Shown here: piece after piece, positions 1-9,103 of the stretch
Layout: every line of letters begins with the position of its first letter
Position numbering within the stretch: position 1 is the first letter of the stretch
Assembly: GCA_903870815.1 (NCBI GenBank)
Contig: CAIQEI010000111.1
Coordinates: forward strand, 28 to 64,027
Length of the DNA stretch: 64,000 nucleotides
From: an uncultured Verrucomicrobia subdivision 3 bacterium
Lineage (GTDB): Bacteria > Verrucomicrobiota > Verrucomicrobiia > Limisphaerales > UBA11358
Reading direction: 5' to 3'
Position numbers and translations under genes: made by a program
Notes under the pieces: generated by a model
Told to the model about the DNA's origin: nothing
Database searches by the model: none
What the model saw: the letters and a program-made list of their open reading frames with translations, nothing else

Positions 1-1
1 G

Positions 2-418
2 CTGGCCGCGCTGTCGCCGCTCTCGGAGATTGTTGCCATTCAGGATGCGGCCCGGCCTTGCACCACCGCCGATCTGATCGCCGCGACCATCTCCGCCGCG
101 CGGGAAACCGGCGCGGCCGTCGCCGCGCAGCCGGTCACGGACACCATCAAGGAAACAGCCGATGGCAAATTGATTTCCCGCACCGTGGACCGCTCCAAAC
201 TGTGGTCCGTGCAAACCCCGCAGACGTTTCGCGTGGAGATAATCCGCCGCGCCATTTTGGCCGCGCGGGAAAAGAACTGGATCCTCACGGATGACACCGC
301 GGCGTGCGAACTCATCGGCCAGTCCGTGCAGCTTGTTAAATCCACCGCCCCGAACCCCAAGGTGACGGTGCCGGCGGATTTGCCGTTCATTGAATCACTG
401 TTGCGGACGGCCCCGTAA
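2..418 (+). CDS. ispD: 2-C-methyl-D-erythritol 4-phosphate cytidylyltransferase, C-terminal part (5' end lies outside the window)
   Basis: The frame is open from base 2. The translation ..VAIQDAARPC..AQPVTDTIKE..LWSVQTPQTF.. matches conserved IspD blocks. Stop at 416-418. Confidence 0.85.
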   Translation: MAALSPLSEIVAIQDAARPCTTADLIAATISAARETGAAVAAQPVTDTIKETADGKLISRTVDRSKLWSVQTPQTFRVEIIRRAILAAREKNWILTDDTAACELIGQSVQLVKSTAPNPKVTVPADLPFIESLLRTAP

Positions 419-436
419 TTGCCGCAAGATGAGCGC

Positions 437-1774
437 ATGAAACGTCGGGTCATTTTCACCCTGGTCATTGTCACGCTGCTGCTCAATCTCGCGGTGGGGG
501 CAAAAATCTTTCTTTCGGCCGCCCGGCCCGCGACGGACGACGATAATTTGCAGGCCAACCTGGCGGTCTTCAATGATGCCATCCAGAAAATCCGCAGCGA
601 ATATGTCGACGGCAAAGGCTTGACCTATCAGCAATTGGTCTATGCCGCGCTCAAGGGCAGCGTCGGCCAGCTCGACCCGCACAGCGAATTTCTCGACGCT
701 GATTCTTTCCAGCAGTTGCAGGACGACACCGAGGGCCAGTTCGGCGGTCTTGGTCTCGTGGTGGCGATGCGCGACGGCCATGTCACTGTCATCGCGCCCA
801 TGGAGGACACGCCGGGGTTTCGCGCCGGCATCCTCACCGGCGACCGCATCACGCGGGTTGAGGGGCGGGGTGTGGACGGCCAGCCGCTGGCGGATGTCGT
901 CAAACAGTTGCGCGGCGATCCCGGTACGTCTGTCACCATTACCGTCGAGCGGCCCTCCAGCGGCCTGACGAAAAATTACACGCTGCAACGAGCCATTATC
1001 CAGATGCAGATGGTCAAGGATATCCACGGCAAAAAGAATTTTCCGCTCGATGAGAATCAGATTGGTTATGTCCGCATTACGCAGTTTGGTGACAACACCG
1101 CGGACGATCTGGAGGCGGCGCTGGTCAAACTCAAGCAGCAGGGCATCAAAGGGCTGATTCTGGATTTGCGCTGGAATCCCGGTGGGCTGCTGGAGCAGGC
1201 GGTGGCCGTTTGTCAAAAATTCCTGCCGCGCGGCCAGTTGGTGGTTTCCACCGAGGGCCGGCGGGTGGTGGATAAATATTTTGCGCAGGGCGGCGGCGAT
1301 GAATTGAAAAACATCCCCGTCGTCGTCTTGGTCAATCTCGGCAGTGCGAGTGCGGCGGAGATTGTCACCGGCTGCCTGCAGGATTTGCACCGCGCCGTGG
1401 TGCTGGGTGAAAAGACCTTCGGCAAGGGCTCTGTGCAGACGATTTTTCCGCTGGCGGACGGTTCGGCGTTGAAGCTCACCGTTGCGAAGTATTATACGCC
1501 CAGCCACAAAGTGATTCATCAGCACGGCATCACTCCGGATATCCTCGTGCCCGTCACGGACGCCGAGGAGGCGATGTTGCTCGCCGGGCATTCATCGGCG
1601 GAAATGGGTGGTGCGTTCGGAAATGAGCCGGCCAATGTGGCTGATATCAGCCCGGCGCCAGCCACTAATTCCCCCGCGGGCCGGGCCGGCATCCGCGACC
1701 AGCAACTGGATCGCGCTAAGGACTTGCTCAAGGGATTGCTGGTCTATCGCACCCTGAACGCCGCCGGCAAATGA
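437..1774 (+). CDS. S41-family C-terminal processing (tail-specific) peptidase with PDZ domain
   Basis: ORF 419-1774; the first ATG at 437 gives MKRRVIFTLVIVTLLL (N-terminal anchor/signal). PDZ-like block GLGLVVAMRDGHVTVIAPMEDTPGFRAGILTGDRI. S41 blocks LILDLRWNPGGLL and SASAAEIVTG..GEKTFGKGSVQT. Confidence 0.9.
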   Translation: MKRRVIFTLVIVTLLLNLAVGAKIFLSAARPATDDDNLQANLAVFNDAIQKIRSEYVDGKGLTYQQLVYAALKGSVGQLDPHSEFLDADSFQQLQDDTEGQFGGLGLVVAMRDGHVTVIAPMEDTPGFRAGILTGDRITRVEGRGVDGQPLADVVKQLRGDPGTSVTITVERPSSGLTKNYTLQRAIIQMQMVKDIHGKKNFPLDENQIGYVRITQFGDNTADDLEAALVKLKQQGIKGLILDLRWNPGGLLEQAVAVCQKFLPRGQLVVSTEGRRVVDKYFAQGGGDELKNIPVVVLVNLGSASAAEIVTGCLQDLHRAVVLGEKTFGKGSVQTIFPLADGSALKLTVAKYYTPSHKVIHQHGITPDILVPVTDAEEAMLLAGHSSAEMGGAFGNEPANVADISPAPATNSPAGRAGIRDQQLDRAKDLLKGLLVYRTLNAAGK

Positions 1775-2796
1775 CCTTGCTCGCCCTCGAAACTTCGTGC
1801 GACGAGACCAGCGCCGCGGTCGTTCGCGATGGGAAGATTCTGTCCAACGTCGTGTCTTCGCAAGTCGCCCTGCACGCGGAATACGGCGGTGTCGTCCCCG
1901 AACTCGCCGCGCGCGAACATCTGAAAAATCTGCTGCCCGTCACGCAGTCCGCGCTCCGCGAAGCCGGCGTGTCCATCGCGGAACTTGACGCCGTGGCCGC
2001 CACTCAGGGGCCTGGCCTGCCGACTGCGCTGGTCGTCGGCTTCAAGGCGGCGCAGGCTGTGGCCTTTGCGCTGCACAAGCCGTTTGTCGGTATCAACCAC
2101 CACGAGGCGCATCTGTATTCGCCTTGGATCGCCGGCGATACCATGACGGCGGATTTTTCAAAACTTCAGCCGAACGTAGCACTCATCGTCAGCGGCGGCC
2201 ACACGCTACTGGTGCTGGTGAAATCGGCGTTGGAACATCGCGTGCTCGGCGGGACCATCGACGACGCGGCGGGCGAATGTTTCGACAAGACCGGCAAGCT
2301 CATGGGTCTGCCGTATCCCGCCGGCCCGGTGATCGACCGGCTGGCGGAGCAGGGGAATCCCGCCGCCTTTGATTTTCCCCGCCCGTTGCTGCACGACGCG
2401 AATGATGATTTCAGTTTCAGTGGCCTGAAAACCTCCGTGCGCTACTTCATCCGTGACCATCCGACGCTGCTCGACGATCGGCAAAAAGTCTGTGATTTGT
2501 GCGCCAGCGTGCAGGCTGCCATCGTTGAGGTGCTGGTGCGGAAAACCGTTCGCGCCGCGAAGCGCCAGGGTGTCCGTTGCGTCACGGCTTCCGGCGGGGT
2601 CACGTCCAACCGGGCCTTGCGCCGCGAACTGGAAAAAGCCTGCCATAAAAATGGCCTGACGTTGCGGTTGGCCGAAAAATCCCTGTGCACCGACAACGCG
2701 GCAATGATCGGCATCCTCGCCGGACGAAAACTTCTGGCCCCCGCGCCGCTGCCGTCGCTCGACGAGGAAATCAACCCCGGCTGGGCGTTGGCATGA
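1771..2796 (+). CDS. tsaD: tRNA N6-adenosine threonylcarbamoyltransferase (Kae1/TsaD family)
   Basis: MTLLALETSCDETSAAVV N-terminus, INHHEAHLY metal-binding motif, GGVTSN block. Start overlaps the preceding stop. Confidence 0.95.
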   Translation: MTLLALETSCDETSAAVVRDGKILSNVVSSQVALHAEYGGVVPELAAREHLKNLLPVTQSALREAGVSIAELDAVAATQGPGLPTALVVGFKAAQAVAFALHKPFVGINHHEAHLYSPWIAGDTMTADFSKLQPNVALIVSGGHTLLVLVKSALEHRVLGGTIDDAAGECFDKTGKLMGLPYPAGPVIDRLAEQGNPAAFDFPRPLLHDANDDFSFSGLKTSVRYFIRDHPTLLDDRQKVCDLCASVQAAIVEVLVRKTVRAAKRQGVRCVTASGGVTSNRALRRELEKACHKNGLTLRLAEKSLCTDNAAMIGILAGRKLLAPAPLPSLDEEINPGWALA

Positions 2797-4892
2797 GCCG
2801 GCTTCGCAACCAAAATCTCGCCTCGCTTCCGTCGCTTCCGCCGCAGGAAATTCTTTACTCTGTTTTTCCAAATCCGCAGAGTATGCGCGTGTTGATTGAG
2901 AGTGATTCCCGGGCCAATCCGGCCGCGCGCGCGTCGGATGCCCCGAAGCCAAACGAGCCGGTCGCCGGTTTTCGGACTGCCTTGAAGCGGTCCCAGGATT
3001 TCCTTTTGTCGGAGCAAAAACCGGAAGGTTTCTGGGTCGGCGAATTGATGGTGGATTCCACGCTCGTCTCGGACATGGTTGCCTATCATCATTGGAACGG
3101 CAAAGTGGACCGGGAATGGCAGCGCAAGGCCGTCAACCACATCTTCTCCCTACAGTTGCCGGATGGCGGCTGGAACATCTACCACGGCGGCCCGTCGGAG
3201 GTGAACGCCACCATCAAGGCCTATCTCGCGCTCAAGCTTGCCGGGGTCCCTGTCACTGATCCGCGCCTGTTGAAGGCGCGCGAGGTCGCGCTGCACTTCG
3301 GCGGCGTGCCGCGCATGAACACGTTCTCCAAACTGTATCTCGCGCTCATCGGCTTATTTCCGTGGGAATATGTCCCGACCATCCCCTGTGAGGTGCTGCT
3401 CATCGGCAAATGGTTCCATGTGAACTTCTGGGACATGAGCAATTGGTCCCGCGGCATGATCGTGCCGCTCGCCATCATCAATCATTTCAAGCCTACCCGG
3501 CCCGTGCCGGTCACTCTGGACGAGCTTTTTCCGGACGGCATCCATGAGCGCGACCTCGCGCTCGCGCCGGATCCGGAAAGAATTTCGCTGCGAAACTTTT
3601 TCCTGTGGCTCGACCGCCTGCACAAGCTCGCGGAATGGTTCGCCGAGCACCACCTCCACCCGTTCCGCAAAATGGCGCTGCGGAAATGCGAAAACTGGAT
3701 GCTCGAGCGTTTCGAGGGCAGCGACGGCTTGGCCGCGATTTTTCCGGCGATGCTCAATTCTCTCATCGCGCTCAAGGTGCTGGGTTATCCCGACGACCAT
3801 CCGCAGGTCGTCCGCGCTGCGCGCGAGCTGAAAAGATTGGAGCACGAAACCGCCGACACCGTGCGCATCGAGCCGTGTTTCTCGCCGGTGTGGGACACCG
3901 CCATCGTCGCAATCTGCCTCCGTGAATCCGGCGTTCCCGCCGATCATCCCCAGCTCAAGCGCGCCGCCGGGTGGCTGATGGAAAAGGAAATCCGGTTCGC
4001 CGGCGACTGGACCCATAAGAATCCGGCGAAAGTCGAGCCGAGCGGCTGGGTGTTTGAATACAATAACCAATGGAATCCCGATGTGGATGATACCGCGATG
4101 GTGCTGCTCGCGCTCCGGCTGATTCCCACGGACAATCCCCGGAAACGTGACGAATGCTTCCAGCGCGGTCTCAAGTGGATGATGACCTTCCAGTGCAAGG
4201 ACGGCGGCTGGGCCGCCTTCGACAAGGATTGCACCAAGAACATCCTCGAAAAAGTGCCGTTCGCCGACCACAACGCCATGCTCGATCCCGAGTGCGCCGA
4301 TATCACCGCGCGCATCCTCGAACTGCTCGGCTACGAGGGTTGGAGCGATGGGCATCATCAGGTCCAGGACGCGCTCGACTACGTCAAGTCGCAGCAGGAA
4401 GCTGACGGCTCGTGGTATGGCCGCTGGGGCGTTAATTATATTTACGGCACTTGGCAGGTGTTGCGCGGAATTCGTGCGTTGAGCCTCAACATGAATGAAT
4501 CATGGCTCCAGCGTGGCCGCGCCTGGCTCGAAAGCGTTCAGCACGAGGACGGCGGCTGGGGCGAACGCTGCAACACTTACGATGATCCTGTTTTCAAGGG
4601 GCAGGGACCGAGCACCGCATCGCAGACCGCTTGGGCCGTGATGGGCCTCTGTGCGTTTGATGATCCCGAAAACCCCGCGCTCAAGCGCGGTATCGAATAT
4701 CTGGTGCGGACGCAAAACGCGGACGGCTCGTGGACCGAAAACGAGACGACCGGCACCGGTTTTCCGAAGGTGTTTTATCTGAAGTACGACATCTATCGCA
4801 ACGCCTGGCCGCTGCTCGCGCTCGGTACCTATCGGCAAATCTGCGAACGCGCGGCGGCAAAAAAGAATGGAGCATCTACCCCGCATGCTTGA
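2793..4892 (+). CDS. shc: Squalene-hopene cyclase
   Basis: DxDDTA catalytic motif (DVDDTAMV) and several QW repeats (QQEADGSWYGRWG, QHEDGGWGE, QNADGSWTE). ATG 2793 overlaps the tsaD stop as ATGA. The ORF-track start 2685 lies inside tsaD; ATG 2883 is an alternative start. Confidence 0.9.
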   Translation: MSRLRNQNLASLPSLPPQEILYSVFPNPQSMRVLIESDSRANPAARASDAPKPNEPVAGFRTALKRSQDFLLSEQKPEGFWVGELMVDSTLVSDMVAYHHWNGKVDREWQRKAVNHIFSLQLPDGGWNIYHGGPSEVNATIKAYLALKLAGVPVTDPRLLKAREVALHFGGVPRMNTFSKLYLALIGLFPWEYVPTIPCEVLLIGKWFHVNFWDMSNWSRGMIVPLAIINHFKPTRPVPVTLDELFPDGIHERDLALAPDPERISLRNFFLWLDRLHKLAEWFAEHHLHPFRKMALRKCENWMLERFEGSDGLAAIFPAMLNSLIALKVLGYPDDHPQVVRAARELKRLEHETADTVRIEPCFSPVWDTAIVAICLRESGVPADHPQLKRAAGWLMEKEIRFAGDWTHKNPAKVEPSGWVFEYNNQWNPDVDDTAMVLLALRLIPTDNPRKRDECFQRGLKWMMTFQCKDGGWAAFDKDCTKNILEKVPFADHNAMLDPECADITARILELLGYEGWSDGHHQVQDALDYVKSQQEADGSWYGRWGVNYIYGTWQVLRGIRALSLNMNESWLQRGRAWLESVQHEDGGWGERCNTYDDPVFKGQGPSTASQTAWAVMGLCAFDDPENPALKRGIEYLVRTQNADGSWTENETTGTGFPKVFYLKYDIYRNAWPLLALGTYRQICERAAAKKNGASTPHA

Positions 4893-5679
4893 GCAGACTG
4901 CCATCATCGTTTCCAACAAGCGCGACACGGATTCCTATTTTCGGCTTGTGCTGCGCGCGCCGCAAATCGCGCCGCTCATCCAGCCGGGGCAGTTCGCGCA
5001 CGTCCGTATTTTACCGCTTAAGGAAGCGCTGCTCCGCCGGCCGTTCAGTATTTTCCAGGTCGCGGGCGACACCTTTTCCATCCTCTATAAAACCGTCGGC
5101 AAAGGCACGGATGTCCTCTCTCGGATGTCTGCGGGCGAGGAGTTGAGTGTCATCGCGCCGTTGGGCCATGGCTTCACCGTGCCGCCGGTGGGCGGTGAAA
5201 TCCCTCTGCTCGTTGCCGGCGGTTACGGCATGGCGGCCATGTTTCTGCTGGCGCAACGCTCACCGCAAAAGGGCATCGTTTTCGTCGGCGGCCGCCGCCG
5301 CGTGGATATTTTGTGCGAGCAGGAATTCGCCGCGCTCGGATGGGAAGTCCGCGCCACCACTGAGGATGGCAGCCACGGTGAAAAAGGGCTGGTCACGCAG
5401 CCGCTGCTGGCGGAACTCCGCACTCCGCACTCCGCACTCCGCACTTTTAAGCTGTTCGCCTGCGGCCCAACGCCATTGCTCAAGGCCGTCGGCAAACTTG
5501 CGGAGGATTTCAATCTGCCGGCTGAGCTTTCGATGGACGAGCACATGTGCTGCGGCACGGGTGTCTGTCTGACGTGCGTGATTCCCGTCAAGGCCGGCGA
5601 AAGTTGGGAATATCAGCGCACCTGCACCGAAGGGCCCGTGTTTGATTCGCGCCAGATCTTTTGGGAGGGTGTGAAATGA
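4867..5679 (+). CDS. pyrK: Dihydroorotate dehydrogenase (class 1B) electron-transfer subunit
   Basis: Ferredoxin-reductase-type blocks (RRPFSI, VAGGYGMAAM) and a C-terminal 2Fe-2S motif CCGTGVCLTCV. It directly precedes and overlaps pyrD. Alternative start ATG 4885. Confidence 0.85.
   Translation: MEHLPRMLEQTAIIVSNKRDTDSYFRLVLRAPQIAPLIQPGQFAHVRILPLKEALLRRPFSIFQVAGDTFSILYKTVGKGTDVLSRMSAGEELSVIAPLGHGFTVPPVGGEIPLLVAGGYGMAAMFLLAQRSPQKGIVFVGGRRRVDILCEQEFAALGWEVRATTEDGSHGEKGLVTQPLLAELRTPHSALRTFKLFACGPTPLLKAVGKLAEDFNLPAELSMDEHMCCGTGVCLTCVIPVKAGESWEYQRTCTEGPVFDSRQIFWEGVK
5416..5445. repeat. Tandem heptanucleotide repeat (CTCCGCA x4 plus CT) inside pyrK
   Basis: Direct reading: ctccgca ctccgca ctccgca ctccgca ct. 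It translates in frame as part of ELRTPHSALRTFK. Confidence 0.95.
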
Positions 5680-6590
5680 ATTTATCCGTCAAGATCGGCA
5701 AGCTGACGATGCCGAACCCGGTGACGGTTGCCTCCGGCACCTTCGGCTATGGCGCGGAGTATGCCCGGTTAATCGACTTGAACCAGCTCGGCGCGGTCAC
5801 GGTCAAGGGTATCCGGCTCAATCCCGTTACCGGCAATCCCACGCCGCGCACCGCCGAAACCACCAGCGGCATGCTCAACGCCATTGGCCTGCAAGGACCG
5901 GGCGTGGATGGTTTCATCAAGAAATACTGGCCATTTCTCAAGTCGCTCGAGGTGCCGACCATCATCAATATCTGGGGCACCACCGTCGAGGAATATGCCG
6001 AGGTGGCCCGGCGCTTTGATGCGCTGGGCGGTGTCGGTGCCCTGGAACTCAACGTCTCCTGCCCGAACATCAAGGCCGGCGGCGCACAGTTTGGCACGGA
6101 TAGCACCCTGCTCGCGCAGGTCGTCACCGCTTGCCGTCAGGCCACGACGCTGCCGCTCATAACCAAGCTGAGTCCCAACGTGCCGAACATCGCCCTGTTC
6201 GCGAAGGTCGCCGAAGACGCCGGCAGCGATGCTTTGGCCATCACGAACAGTTTTCCTGCGATGGCGATCGATATCCAAACGCGCCGCCCCAAGCTCGCTA
6301 ACCTCACCGGCGGCCTTACCGGCCCCGCCATCAAGCCCATCGCCATCAAACTCGTCTGGGAGGCTGCCAAGGCGGTCAAGATTCCCATCATCGGCATGGG
6401 CGGGATCCAGCATGCGGACGACGCCATCGAATTTCTCATGGCGGGTGCGACGGCGGTGGCCGTCGGCACCGCGAATTTCTACGAACCGCAAACGCCGCTG
6501 CAGGTCATTGCCGGTCTCCGCGAATTCATGTTGCGGAAAAAAATCCATGACGTGCGTGAACTTACCGGCAGCGTGCAGACGGCCAAATGA
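5676..6590 (+). CDS. pyrD: Dihydroorotate dehydrogenase catalytic subunit (class 1B)
   Basis: MPNPVTVASGTFGYG, NVSCPN, GGLTGPAIKPIA and IIGMGGI blocks. ATG 5676 overlaps the pyrK stop (ATGA). Confidence 0.9.
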   Translation: MNLSVKIGKLTMPNPVTVASGTFGYGAEYARLIDLNQLGAVTVKGIRLNPVTGNPTPRTAETTSGMLNAIGLQGPGVDGFIKKYWPFLKSLEVPTIINIWGTTVEEYAEVARRFDALGGVGALELNVSCPNIKAGGAQFGTDSTLLAQVVTACRQATTLPLITKLSPNVPNIALFAKVAEDAGSDALAITNSFPAMAIDIQTRRPKLANLTGGLTGPAIKPIAIKLVWEAAKAVKIPIIGMGGIQHADDAIEFLMAGATAVAVGTANFYEPQTPLQVIAGLREFMLRKKIHDVRELTGSVQTAK

Positions 6591-6595
6591 TTTGA

Positions 6596-6630
6596 AAACG
6601 GCGTGATTTTTTCCCTGACATCCGCCGTTT
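6596..6630 (+). terminator. Possible weak intrinsic terminator after pyrD
   Basis: AAACGGCG (6596-6603) pairs with CGCCGTTT (6623-6630) around a 19-nt loop. Only a short T run follows. Confidence 0.35.
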
Positions 6631-6658
6631 CTCGGCCAGAATGTCGGTCCTATAACTT

Positions 6659-7093
6659 ATGCAAGCCACCCGCATTCTCCCTGATCTGCAATGTTCGCTC
6701 CTGTGCGAGGAAGTCCGCCAGGAAGTGAACGGGAACCTGTTCCTCATCGGCGTCGTTAATGTCGTCCGCGTCCCGCAAATCCCCATCGTGGCCGGCCGCA
6801 TTTGCGTATTCAATCGCTGGGCGGCGGGCATCGGCCAGTTTAACGAGACCGTGCGCCTCATCGCGCCGGACCAGACCTCGGTCATCAGCAAGAGCGAGCT
6901 GAAATTCGAGCTGCGCGACCCGGTGATGAGCGCGACCAACGTGACGTTCTTCGGCCAGGTCAAGTTTGAGTCCGCGGGCACCTACTACGTAGAAGTCCTC
7001 GTGGACGATGTGATGAAACTGCGCTATCCCGTGCCGGTCGTCCTCGCGCCGGTGCCGAACCAGAATCCGCCGGCGGGGAACCAACCGAGCTGA
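6659..7093 (+). CDS. Hypothetical protein, 144 aa (predicted beta-rich, Pro-rich tail)
   Basis: Clean ATG ORF in an otherwise empty interval with protein-like composition. I could not assign a family with confidence. Confidence 0.55.
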   Translation: MQATRILPDLQCSLLCEEVRQEVNGNLFLIGVVNVVRVPQIPIVAGRICVFNRWAAGIGQFNETVRLIAPDQTSVISKSELKFELRDPVMSATNVTFFGQVKFESAGTYYVEVLVDDVMKLRYPVPVVLAPVPNQNPPAGNQPS

Positions 7094-7210
7094 TAGATCT
7101 GCTTTCCGCTTTTCACAGCCACTAACCGGGGTTGCAATGGGTTGGGGTCATGATTTGGGCCGCACCGTCCGCTTCCACCATTCTTCATCCGCCGGATGCC
7201 ATGGTGTTTT

Positions 7211-7238
7211 ATCTGTGTTTCATCTGTGCCCATCTGTG
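7211..7238 (+). repeat. Three phased direct repeats of ATCTGTG (7211, 7222, 7232)
   Basis: Read directly: ATCTGTGtttcATCTGTGcccATCTGTG, spacing 11 and 10 bp, ending 15 bp before the GTG start at 7253. Confidence 0.9.
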
Positions 7239-7252
7239 GCTAGACTATCGCC

Positions 7253-8059
7253 GTGAACGCGCTTCGCGAACCGTCTTTTGCCTGGGAACCGCTCACGCCG
7301 CGCGGCGTGGCGGCGTTTGCCCGCGCCTCGTTTGAGCGCCTCTTCATCGTGCAGGCGGTTTTCGCACTTCTGGCTGCCGCGTCGGTGTCGTGGTGCCTGT
7401 CCGATGGTATATTTCCGGTGATTGATGCGGCCATCGGTCAGTTGCCCGACGCCGGCTCCATCCACGGCGGTAAACTCGACTGGCGCGACGATTCGCCGCT
7501 GATGCTCGCCGAGGGAAAAATTCTCGCTCTCAGCGTGGACTTGAATCATGGCGGAACGTTGCGATCGCCGGCGGATGTTCAACTTGAATTTGGCCGCGAT
7601 GACCTTGCCGTCTTTTCGCTTTTAGGCGAGGCGGATTTTGATTATCCGACCGGCTATGTTTTTGCCGCCAATCAGACCGAAGCCCGGCCCGCTTGGGGTG
7701 CCTGGGCGCCCAACCTGCTGGGTCTTGCGGCTATCGGCACTTTTTTCGGGTTGCTTTTGGTCTGGGCAATTCTGTCAACGGTGTATTGTCTGCCTGTCTG
7801 GCTCCTCTGTTTTTTTGCGAACCGGGATTTGAACTTCCGCGCTAGTTGGCGGCTCGCCGCCGCCGCGCTTATGCCCGGTGCGGCGCTGATGTCGCTTGCG
7901 TTGGTGTTCTACGAATGCGGCGGATTCGGCCTCGTGCAGCTTGGTTTCGCCTTGGGGATGCACCTGGTCATCGGGTGGATTTATCTATTCGTCAGCCCGT
8001 TGTTTCTTAACCGCATCCTGCCGGCGGAGAAAATAAATCCGTTTGTGCCTTCAAAATAA
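7253..8059 (+). CDS. Hypothetical integral membrane protein, 268 aa
   Basis: Several hydrophobic helices (FIVQAVFALLAAASVSWCL, LLGLAAIGTFFGLLLVWAILSTVYCLPVWLLCFF, LAAAALMPGAALMSLALVFY, MHLVIGWIYLFVSPLF). GTG start. Confidence 0.6.
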   Translation: MNALREPSFAWEPLTPRGVAAFARASFERLFIVQAVFALLAAASVSWCLSDGIFPVIDAAIGQLPDAGSIHGGKLDWRDDSPLMLAEGKILALSVDLNHGGTLRSPADVQLEFGRDDLAVFSLLGEADFDYPTGYVFAANQTEARPAWGAWAPNLLGLAAIGTFFGLLLVWAILSTVYCLPVWLLCFFANRDLNFRASWRLAAAALMPGAALMSLALVFYECGGFGLVQLGFALGMHLVIGWIYLFVSPLFLNRILPAEKINPFVPSK

Positions 8060-8114
8060 GGGGCTTCTTTTCGCGGCTTTGGTGATTTTGGCCGGCCTCC
8101 CGCGTCGGCGTAGT

Positions 8115-8339
8115 CTAAAACACAATCGGTTCGTTGAGCTTGCCGCATTGGGTGCAGCGGGAGCGGTCCACGTCCGCGTCGTCGGTGTAGACGAGGCCGC
8201 ATTTGGCGCAGCGGAACACGCGGTCTTCAGGATGCGCCGGGCCAAAGCGGCGCCGCTGTAGCTCGGAAAAAATTCCCACGCCGCACAAGGTGCCGAGCGC
8301 CAGCGCCACATAAAGCAGCAGGAGGGTGGCGATGCTCAT
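8115..8339 (-). CDS. Small membrane-anchored zinc-ribbon protein, 74 aa
   Basis: N-terminal TM helix IATLLLLYVALALGTLCGVGIF followed by CAKCG..(17 aa)..CTQCG. Its start overlaps the stop of the TonB-like gene, so it is the last gene of the exbB operon. Confidence 0.6.
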   Translation of the reverse strand: MSIATLLLLYVALALGTLCGVGIFSELQRRRFGPAHPEDRVFRCAKCGLVYTDDADVDRSRCTQCGKLNEPIVF

Positions 8340-9103
8340 GGCGCGTTGGTGGAGGTCATCGGCACGGTGTGCCAGTTGAAGATGAGTCTCCCGAACATGA
8401 TCCTGTCCGCCGGCGCAAACCGCAATGTCCGGGCCAGGTCCAGCGCCTGCTGATCGGCGGCATCGTATCCGCTGGATTCCAGCAATACGGCGGAAGCGAC
8501 GTTGCCATCCTGATCCACTAGCAACTGTACGTGGCTCGGCCCGATCACGTCGTTCAGGGTCAGGGTCGGCGCGTTATGCAGGTTCAATATCCTTCGTCCA
8601 GTGATTTGTCCGGCCAAACGCCAGGTGGAATGTTGCGGCATCGCCGATTCCATCGCCAGCCGGGGCATGACCAGTTGCGGTTCCGGTTTGAAACTCGGTC
8701 GGAAAGCCTCGCTGCGTTTGGTCTGCATGAACGCGTTGAACGCCGCTCCCCAGGCGGCGGGGTCGGGCATCAGGAACGCTGGTGGTTCGGTGTAGCCGAA
8801 CACGTTGGTCAAGACGGCGGGCAGTAGCGACTCGGCGGCGGCCAAATAATCCTCCGGATGCGGCAGCGCAAACAATGTCGGATCGGTCAGCCGGATTAGG
8901 TCGCTGCCCGGCTCCGTGAGTTGAAACACGGGAACATTCCTTACCGCCCGCGGCGCAACCGGTTTTTTCGTGCCCAGCAGAAATACAAACGCCAGGTGCG
9001 CGGCGAAGGCGAGGACGATGACCGCGCCGAACTTATTCCAGCCCCAGCCCGCCGCCGGGAGCGGTTCTGGCAGCCGCTGCAGTTCGGCGGACTCGGCGTT
9101 CAT
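8336..9103 (-). CDS. TonB-like energy transducer
   Basis: N-terminal TM anchor (FGAVIVLAFAAHLAFVFLLG). TonB-C-like end: VQLLVDQDGNVASAVLLESSGYDAADQQALDLARTLRFAP. Translationally coupled to exbD. Confidence 0.65.
   Translation of the reverse strand: MNAESAELQRLPEPLPAAGWGWNKFGAVIVLAFAAHLAFVFLLGTKKPVAPRAVRNVPVFQLTEPGSDLIRLTDPTLFALPHPEDYLAAAESLLPAVLTNVFGYTEPPAFLMPDPAAWGAAFNAFMQTKRSEAFRPSFKPEPQLVMPRLAMESAMPQHSTWRLAGQITGRRILNLHNAPTLTLNDVIGPSHVQLLVDQDGNVASAVLLESSGYDAADQQALDLARTLRFAPADRIMFGRLIFNWHTVPMTSTNAP

Noticed and set aside
5416-5445. CRISPR-like or phase-variation array
   Set aside because: The units are 7 bp with no spacers, so this is not a CRISPR. A phase-variation role is only speculative and is discussed as a finding, not called as a feature.
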